A stretch of 64,000 bases of DNA from an uncultured Spirochaetaceae bacterium (lineage in GTDB: Bacteria > Spirochaetota > Spirochaetia > Treponematales > Treponemataceae): the NCBI GenBank assembly GCA_902799665.1, contig CADCBK010000003.1, positions 7,566-71,565 of the forward strand. Direction: 5' to 3'. Below, piece by piece: positions 58,262 to 64,000 of this stretch. Every line of letters begins with the position of its first letter. Position 1 is the stretch's first letter. The notes below the pieces were generated by a model. It saw only the letters and a list, made by a program, of their open reading frames with translations. It did no database searches and was not told the DNA's origin. A program made the translations under genes and the position numbers.

Positions 58262-59404
58262 TCATTGCCGCTTGTATTCAATCAAAACGTCGCTTCCGAT
58301 TTTACGCGCGTCGATTTGTGCAAGGCTAAAAGCGTCGGCCACTTCCAAAACGCCGCTTCCAGCCACCGGACTGGGGGCGGCGGCCCCGCCAAAAATTTTT
58401 GGCGCCACAAAAGAGTAAACGCGCTGGACAAGACCCGCCTGCAAAAGCGAAAAGTTTAGTTGGCCGCCGCCTTCGACCAATACGCTGTCAAGATTTTGCG
58501 CGCCAAGCTTTTGCATTAAAATCGAAAGGTCCACGCGCTTCGTTCCGCAGCGGATTATTTGAACGCCTTTTTGGGCGAGCGCTTTTTCTTTTTGCAAAAA
58601 GTTTTGGGCGGGGAGGGCGGCCCCTTCTTGGGCTTGCAAGCAATCTGGTTCCGCGCAGGCGACAATCGTTGGAACTTCGGCCGCGGTTTGGACAAGCTGC
58701 GAGTCAAGCGGAAGGCGCAAGGAACTGTCGCAAATTACGCGCGTGGGGTTCCGGCCGCCGGGGATTCGGCAAGTCAAAAGCGGATCGTCGGCGAGTGCCG
58801 TTCCGATTCCTGCCATAATGCAAGAATACTTGTTCCGCAATTGGTGGACAAAGTCGCGCGACTCTTGCGAAGATATCCACTTGGACTTTCCGGCAGCCGT
58901 GGCGATTTTTCCGTCCGCGGTCATCGCGTACTTTAGCGCGACATATGGCGTTCGATTTGTAATGTAATGGAAGAAAATAAAATTGAGCGTGTCGCATTCC
59001 GAGCGCAAAAAGTCTTCCTCAACCTCAACGCCCCGTTCGCGCAAAAACGCGGCGCCCTTTCCGCTTACCAAAGGGTTTGGGTCTCGGCTTCCGACAACTA
59101 CTTTTTTGATTCCGGCCTGGACGATGGCCTCGACGCAAGGCGGCTGCTTTCCTGTGTGGCAGCAGGGTTCCAGCGTGACAAAAATTGTCGCGCCGCTTGG
59201 ATCGTTTCCCCGCTCGCGGCAATCGCGCAAAGCGTCCCGTTCCGCGTGCAAGTCGCCGTACTTGTGGTGCCAGCCTTGGCCTATGATTTGATTTTCTTGG
59301 ACGATGACGGCGCCGACCAGAGGGTTGGGATTCGTTCGGCCTTCGCCTTTTTTTGCGAGCGCGACAGCAAGCCGCATAAAGCGCTCTTTAGAGTCGTTTT
59401 CCAT
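58262..59404 (-). CDS. ribD: Riboflavin deaminase/reductase
   Basis: PNPLVG, HAE, TLEPCCH..PPC, DGKIAT, VEGG. Confidence 0.96.
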   Translation of the reverse strand: MENDSKERFMRLAVALAKKGEGRTNPNPLVGAVIVQENQIIGQGWHHKYGDLHAERDALRDCRERGNDPSGATIFVTLEPCCHTGKQPPCVEAIVQAGIKKVVVGSRDPNPLVSGKGAAFLRERGVEVEEDFLRSECDTLNFIFFHYITNRTPYVALKYAMTADGKIATAAGKSKWISSQESRDFVHQLRNKYSCIMAGIGTALADDPLLTCRIPGGRNPTRVICDSSLRLPLDSQLVQTAAEVPTIVACAEPDCLQAQEGAALPAQNFLQKEKALAQKGVQIIRCGTKRVDLSILMQKLGAQNLDSVLVEGGGQLNFSLLQAGLVQRVYSFVAPKIFGGAAAPSPVAGSGVLEVADAFSLAQIDARKIGSDVLIEYKRQ

Positions 59405-59406
59405 AA

Positions 59407-59526
59407 TACCTTCTTCCATCCAGACTTTACTGTCGGCCGCGGAATCACACCGCGTCATGCTCTGGCAACGCCATCGCTTGCTGGCTATACAGCCGGTGGG
59501 GAATTGCGCCCCGCCTTGAAGTTTAT
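59407..59526 (-). ncRNA. FMN riboswitch (RFN element) with variant core
   Basis: CUUCAAGGCGGGGCGCAAUUCCCCACCGGCUGUAUAGCCAGCAAGC...UGACGCGGUGUGAUUCCGCGGCCGACAGUAAAGUCUGGAUGGAAGAAG, directly 5' of ribD. Confidence 0.92.
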
Positions 59527-59566
59527 GCAATTATTTTAGCGCATAGGGGGAAATTGCGCAAGACGC

Positions 59567-60946
59567 TTACTCCACAAAATATCCGTTCATAAGGCCCTTG
59601 CCCTTGACTTCCACTTGGACGGGGCCTTGCCAGTCAAACTTGTCGCTGGCTTGCTTTTGCGCGGCTTCGGAGACGTGAATCTTCATCGGCTGGCCGGAAC
59701 TTTCCATGCGGCTGGCCACGTTCACCGTGTCGCCCCAAATGTCGTAAATGAATTTTGTCTTTCCAATAACTCCGGCCACAAGCTCTCCGCTGTTTATTCC
59801 CACTCGGATTTGAAGGGGCTTTTCCGCCGTCTTGTTGAACTCTTCCACGTCGCGCAAAAGGCCTTGGGCAAAACGGACCATTTTTTCGACGCCGCCGTTT
59901 TGCGCGTTTTCGTCCAAGCCCGCCGCGGCCATGTAGGAGTCGCCGATCGTTTTTATTTTTTCAACGCCTTCGCGCGCGGCCCGTTCGTCAAAAAGGCTGG
60001 TCAGCTTATTCAGCATTTTTACGGTTTGGTCGGCGGTCATGTCGGAGCTCATTTTTGTAAAGCCCACGATGTCGGTGAACAAAACGGTGGCGTTGGGGTG
60101 CTCCGTCAATTCGCGCGCGACGTCGGCGGGCAAAATGTTCAGCAATAGCCGCTCGACTTTTTGGTTTGCAACCCGCAGTTCCTTTGTGCGCTCGTCAACC
60201 GTTTGCTCCAGCTCCTTTTGGTAGCGGGCGAGCATTTCTATTTCAAGGCGGTGCGCGCGCTCCACCTTTTTGTTCATTTCCTTTAAGTCAAAAATATACA
60301 AAAGAATCGCCATTCCGGCGGAAGAAATTCCCGTTATGTAAAAGCCTTTCATGCGGAACTGAATCGCGCTTGCGGCTATTGGAATCGCGATGAAGAACAA
60401 AAGCGGAAAGGCCGTTTCATGCGGAATCCTTTTAAAGTTCCGCAGAATGCAAATGAATTGCAGCAAAAGCGCGGCGCATGGAAAAATATAGGCCAGCGGG
60501 CGGGCGGGGCCGCGTATGTAATTGTTTCGCGCGTCTATCGTGTAGTAAAGGCCGGTGAACTGAGAAATGATGACCAGTGCGATTTCGGTTAGCAAAAAGA
60601 TTCCAGCGACGTAAAATTCCCAAGGCATCTTTTTGAGCTCGCCTTCGTTTTGGAACAAGTCTTTTAAATAGAAGTTCAAGTTCAAAATCAAAAAGGCCGG
60701 AAAAAAGTAGTCGCCGAATTTTGCGATTTTTGTGATAAAGACCGCCGTTCCGTTCATCATAAAGCTGTATGCGGTAAAGGCAAGCTGCGACGACAAAATG
60801 CCCGTGGCGCTCAGTTCCAAAAAAATTATCGCGGCCTTTCTCCTTCTTGAAAGGTTGTTTGTCCTCAAAGTCAAAAAGGCTGTCAAAAGGCAAATCGCCT
60901 GCAGCGCGATCATCAAGTCATGCTGGTGCCGGATCAAAAAATTCAT
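59567..60946 (-). CDS. Membrane-bound class III adenylate/guanylate cyclase
   Basis: About 7 TM helices; LFTDIVGFT, KTIGDSYM, YDIWGDTVNVASRMES, KGKG. Confidence 0.92.
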   Translation of the reverse strand: MNFLIRHQHDLMIALQAICLLTAFLTLRTNNLSRRRKAAIIFLELSATGILSSQLAFTAYSFMMNGTAVFITKIAKFGDYFFPAFLILNLNFYLKDLFQNEGELKKMPWEFYVAGIFLLTEIALVIISQFTGLYYTIDARNNYIRGPARPLAYIFPCAALLLQFICILRNFKRIPHETAFPLLFFIAIPIAASAIQFRMKGFYITGISSAGMAILLYIFDLKEMNKKVERAHRLEIEMLARYQKELEQTVDERTKELRVANQKVERLLLNILPADVARELTEHPNATVLFTDIVGFTKMSSDMTADQTVKMLNKLTSLFDERAAREGVEKIKTIGDSYMAAAGLDENAQNGGVEKMVRFAQGLLRDVEEFNKTAEKPLQIRVGINSGELVAGVIGKTKFIYDIWGDTVNVASRMESSGQPMKIHVSEAAQKQASDKFDWQGPVQVEVKGKGLMNGYFVE

Positions 60947-61021
60947 TCTTATATATCACTAAAAAAAGCGCTTATTGTCAAGATTTCTTCTTTGCGGTAA
61001 AATCCTTGCAAGAGGTACATC

Positions 61022-62002
61022 ATGTCTGTTTTAGAAAAAATCGGAAACTTCTTTGGAAAGTTCATGGCCCTGATTATTTTGGCCGTGGCCGCTCTGGCGC
61101 TTTTTGTTCCGCAGAGTTGTCTTTGGATTCAGCCGTCTTGGATCAACCCGCTTTTGATGCTGGTCATGTTCGGAATGGGACTCACGCTCAAAATCGAAGA
61201 CTTCGCGCTTGTCTTTACCCGCCCCAAGGACATCATCATCGGTTGCGTCGCGCAGTTCACAATCATGCCGCTTTTGGCCTTTGCTTTGGGAAAAATCTTT
61301 GGCCTTGAGGTAGGGCTTTTGGCCGGAGTCATTCTTGTCGGAACTTGTCCCGGCGGAACCGCCAGCAACGTAATCACTTATCTTTCCAAGGGCGACGTCG
61401 CTCTTTCTGTCGGAATGACAAGCGTCAACACTTTGCTCGCTCCGCTTCTCACTCCCGCCATCACTTACTTGCTTTTAAAAGAGAGCGTCCATGTTGACGT
61501 CGTTTCGATGTTCCTTTCAATTGTAAAGGTTGTCATCGTTCCGATTGGCTTGGGCTTTGTCATCAACAAGTTCTTCGGAAAGTTCACGCAAAAAATCGGA
61601 GCGATATTGCCGGCGATTTCTGTAATCGCGATTGCCTTGATTGTCGGAGCGGTTGTCTCGCGCAACTCGCAGAAAATTCTCACGACAGGCGCGATTGTCT
61701 TTGCCGTCGTTATCTTGCACAACCTTTTGGGCTACGCTTGCGGCTTTGGCCTTGGAAAGCTTTTGCGCTTGAACGTCGCAAAGACAAAGGCGCTTTCCAT
61801 CGAAATCGGAATGCAGAATTCAGGACTTGCCACAAGCTTGGCGGGAACGGCCTTCCCGGCTCTTGCGATGGCTACTGTTCCCGGCGCGATCTTTAGCGTT
61901 TGGCACAACTTGTCCGGCGCCGTGCTTGCCAACTTTTACCGCAAATGGGAGGAGAAGGATGAGGCCGCTTCTTCGGAAAACTCAAGCGGCAATGCGCAAT
62001 AA
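61022..62002 (+). CDS. Bile acid:sodium symporter (BASS) family transporter
   Basis: MFGMGLTL, CPGGTASNV, EIGMQNSGLA. Confidence 0.92.
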   Translation: MSVLEKIGNFFGKFMALIILAVAALALFVPQSCLWIQPSWINPLLMLVMFGMGLTLKIEDFALVFTRPKDIIIGCVAQFTIMPLLAFALGKIFGLEVGLLAGVILVGTCPGGTASNVITYLSKGDVALSVGMTSVNTLLAPLLTPAITYLLLKESVHVDVVSMFLSIVKVVIVPIGLGFVINKFFGKFTQKIGAILPAISVIAIALIVGAVVSRNSQKILTTGAIVFAVVILHNLLGYACGFGLGKLLRLNVAKTKALSIEIGMQNSGLATSLAGTAFPALAMATVPGAIFSVWHNLSGAVLANFYRKWEEKDEAASSENSSGNAQ

Positions 62003-62039
62003 ACTCAAGTCTAAGGTTTGTTTGATTGTTTAAGGTTTT

Positions 62040-62068
62040 GCCCCGCCGTTTTTGGCGGGGCTTTTTTT
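62040..62068 (+). terminator. Intrinsic terminator
   Basis: GCCCCGCC stem followed by a T-tract. Confidence 0.8.
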
Positions 62069-62074
62069 CGGCGC

Positions 62075-63679
62075 TTATTTCATCACGACGTTTTTAAACG
62101 AATTTTCCACTTTCTTAAAGTACAAATTCTTAAACGGGTGAATGTCCATCGCGTTGGAAACCCAGCCGCCAACAAGGTTCAAGTCAATCACGGCGCATGT
62201 GACAGGGTGGCTTATCGGAATCACTTCGCCGCTTGAAAGCAGTATGTCTTCCGCCTTTGCGAGCAGCGCGTTTCGCTCTTTGCTTTCGTTTGTCCACGCG
62301 GCTTCGTCCAGCAGTTTGTCAAAATTTTCGTCTTTCCAATGCGAGTCGTTCATGGAAGAGTTTCCGCGGAACAGCTCCAAAAAAGCCAGCGGGTCTGAAT
62401 AGTCGCCAACCCAAGTGTAAAGGAAAAGATCCGCCTTTGTTGAAGCGATTGAAGTCAAGTAAAGCTGCTGGGGAATTTTCATTGTCTTAAGCTCAACGCC
62501 TATTTCTTCCAAGGCTCCGCGCAAAAGTTCCGCGCGGTTTGAAAGGTATTCTGTGTCGGGGATGGCGAATAGCAATTCGATTTTTTCGGAGGCCATCGCG
62601 CGCTTTTGCTTGGCCGCTTCCAGCATAAGCTTGGCTTCCTCCGCGTCGGTGTAGTCAAGCCCCTCAGGGCTTTTGTAGCCGGCCACAGGGCATACAAGGG
62701 TTTCGGCGGGGAACATGTTTCCGTCGCGAAGCTGCTTCCAAGGAACGGCTGTAAGGACCGCGTTCCTAAAGTCGGCTTCCTTCCAAATAGGGGAGTCATT
62801 CTTAAAGAACAAGTATTCGGTTCCAAATTCCGCCGAAAGCTGAATGGCCTTTCTGTCCAGAATTTTTTTCAGTTCGTCTCCGCCGTCAATCCAATCCGCG
62901 GCGCCTGTGTTAAATGCGTGCGCTTTTGCCGACCCGTCGTTGGTAAGGTGGATGGCGATGGACGGAATGTGAACAGACTCCGCGTTCCAATAGTTTGGGT
63001 TTTTTTTAAGCTGAACCTTGAAAGGCGTGACGCTTTCTATCATGTAGGCGCCGCTCGCGCTGGAATCGTCAAGGACCGCCGAAAATGCGTGGTGGCACAA
63101 AAGCTTGTTAAAATGGCTTGTGGGCTTTGTAAGCTCGACGCTAAGCTTTTGGCCGTTTGCGTAAATGGCCACGTCCTCGCGCTTTCCGTTTCCAAGACGG
63201 TATTCGCGGGCGCCCTTTATCACGTCAAGCAGGGAAGAGTAGTAGGCGCCCTTGTTGGCTATAAGGTTAAGCCAAGACTCCTTGACAGTCTGGGCGTTTA
63301 TTTCCTTGCCGGAAGAGCTTTTGGCGCCTTCGCGGATTGTGAAGGTCCACCTGAATTTGTCGCGCGAAATTCTATAGTCTTTCGCAAGCGCGTTGTCAGG
63401 TTCAAGCGTGGCCGGGTTGTACGAAAAAAGGCCTTCGTAAACGCCGTTCAATATCTGAGCCTCAAAGACATAAGCGCTTGTGTGCGGGTCAAGGTTCAAG
63501 TTGGAAAGAGAATGAAAAATGACAAGCTCCCTTTGGATGGAGTCGTCGATCTTGTCGCCGGCAAAAAAATCTTCGCAAAAGCTTGGCGAAAGATTGGCGG
63601 CCAAAAAAAAGACGCAGGCAAAAAAAGCGCCCGCGTGTTTTTTGTGTGTTCTAAAAAAAGCGTTATTTGTCCATTCCAA
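62075..63679 (-). CDS. Peptide ABC transporter substrate-binding protein (OppA-like)
   Basis: LDP, YEGL, SGAY, KNPNYW, WVGDYSDP. Start codon uncertain. Confidence 0.88.
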   Translation of the reverse strand: MEWTNNAFFRTHKKHAGAFFACVFFLAANLSPSFCEDFFAGDKIDDSIQRELVIFHSLSNLNLDPHTSAYVFEAQILNGVYEGLFSYNPATLEPDNALAKDYRISRDKFRWTFTIREGAKSSSGKEINAQTVKESWLNLIANKGAYYSSLLDVIKGAREYRLGNGKREDVAIYANGQKLSVELTKPTSHFNKLLCHHAFSAVLDDSSASGAYMIESVTPFKVQLKKNPNYWNAESVHIPSIAIHLTNDGSAKAHAFNTGAADWIDGGDELKKILDRKAIQLSAEFGTEYLFFKNDSPIWKEADFRNAVLTAVPWKQLRDGNMFPAETLVCPVAGYKSPEGLDYTDAEEAKLMLEAAKQKRAMASEKIELLFAIPDTEYLSNRAELLRGALEEIGVELKTMKIPQQLYLTSIASTKADLFLYTWVGDYSDPLAFLELFRGNSSMNDSHWKDENFDKLLDEAAWTNESKERNALLAKAEDILLSSGEVIPISHPVTCAVIDLNLVGGWVSNAMDIHPFKNLYFKKVENSFKNVVMK

Positions 63680-64000
63680 GTTTTTTCATTTGCTCCTGTT
63701 CTTCTATATAAGATATGTATTCCGCGCGTCGTTGGTTTGTGTTCACGCTGTTGTTTTTTATCGCCATCAATTCCATTGAAAGGCCTTTTATTTTTGAGCG
63801 CTTTTCCGCGGGCGCGTTGTTCTTAAAATAATCGTCCAAGGCCTTTAGCAGCACTGAAATTTTCTGCAAGTCGGAGATTTGCTTGTTCAAGAATTCCAAA
63901 AGCTTTTGCTCGTCGGCGTTTACGAATTTTTTATAGGCCAAGCTGTTCTTTAGCGAGAATGAGTTGAAGAAGCTCGCCTTTTTTTGAATGTCAGTCACAA
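63663..64000 (-). CDS. Hypothetical protein, 3' portion only
   Basis: Open frame running off the window end. Confidence 0.65.
   Translation of the reverse strand, partial: VTDIQKKASFFNSFSLKNSLAYKKFVNADEQKLLEFLNKQISDLQKISVLLKALDDYFKNNAPAEKRSKIKGLSMELMAIKNNSVNTNQRRAEYISYIEEQEQMKKLGMDK

Noticed and set aside
59405-59530. N-terminal extension of RibD in the ORF track
   Set aside because: It corresponds to the FMN riboswitch. The likely start is ATG 59404.
62606-63826. 406-aa plus-strand ORF, and similar long antisense ORFs (41755-42756, 48953-49795, 12666-13478, 14506-15198)
   Set aside because: These are shadow frames opposite well-supported genes and have no recognisable motifs.

Overview
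This window looks like the chromosome of an anaerobic gut or rumen spirochete (Treponema-like, inferred from the gene repertoire and protein style, not from a database search). Most of it is housekeeping: purA, murE-ddl-murD, queD, two MCPs, hisHF, deoD-like, a Zn/Mn ABC transporter, a GGDEF-EAL protein, NamZ plus a serine hydrolase, copA, ychF, a GH94 phosphorylase, gatCA, ribDEBAH, tRNA-Ile2(CAT) and tRNA-Cys. Two visibly AT-richer accessory islets (about 30.9-38.0 kb and 52.4-55.6 kb) share one layout: uncharacterised genes, a divergent XRE regulator with repeated operator boxes, then a type II TA pair whose toxin is broken. Main highlights: (1) an XRE-controlled, uncharacterised 3-gene membrane/coiled-coil operon; (2) an FMN riboswitch with two G-to-A changes in its core and its P1 helix lying on the ribD RBS; (3) an unannotated HicA gene with an in-frame UGA; (4) an ECF S-component-like histidine kinase cassette bounded by a duplicated promoter; (5) an Rpn gene with a hairpin-occluded RBS and a candidate internal start; (6) many leaderless genes; (7) short hairpin-rich inserts with target duplications at gene 3' ends. 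All family assignments come from motif recognition by eye.
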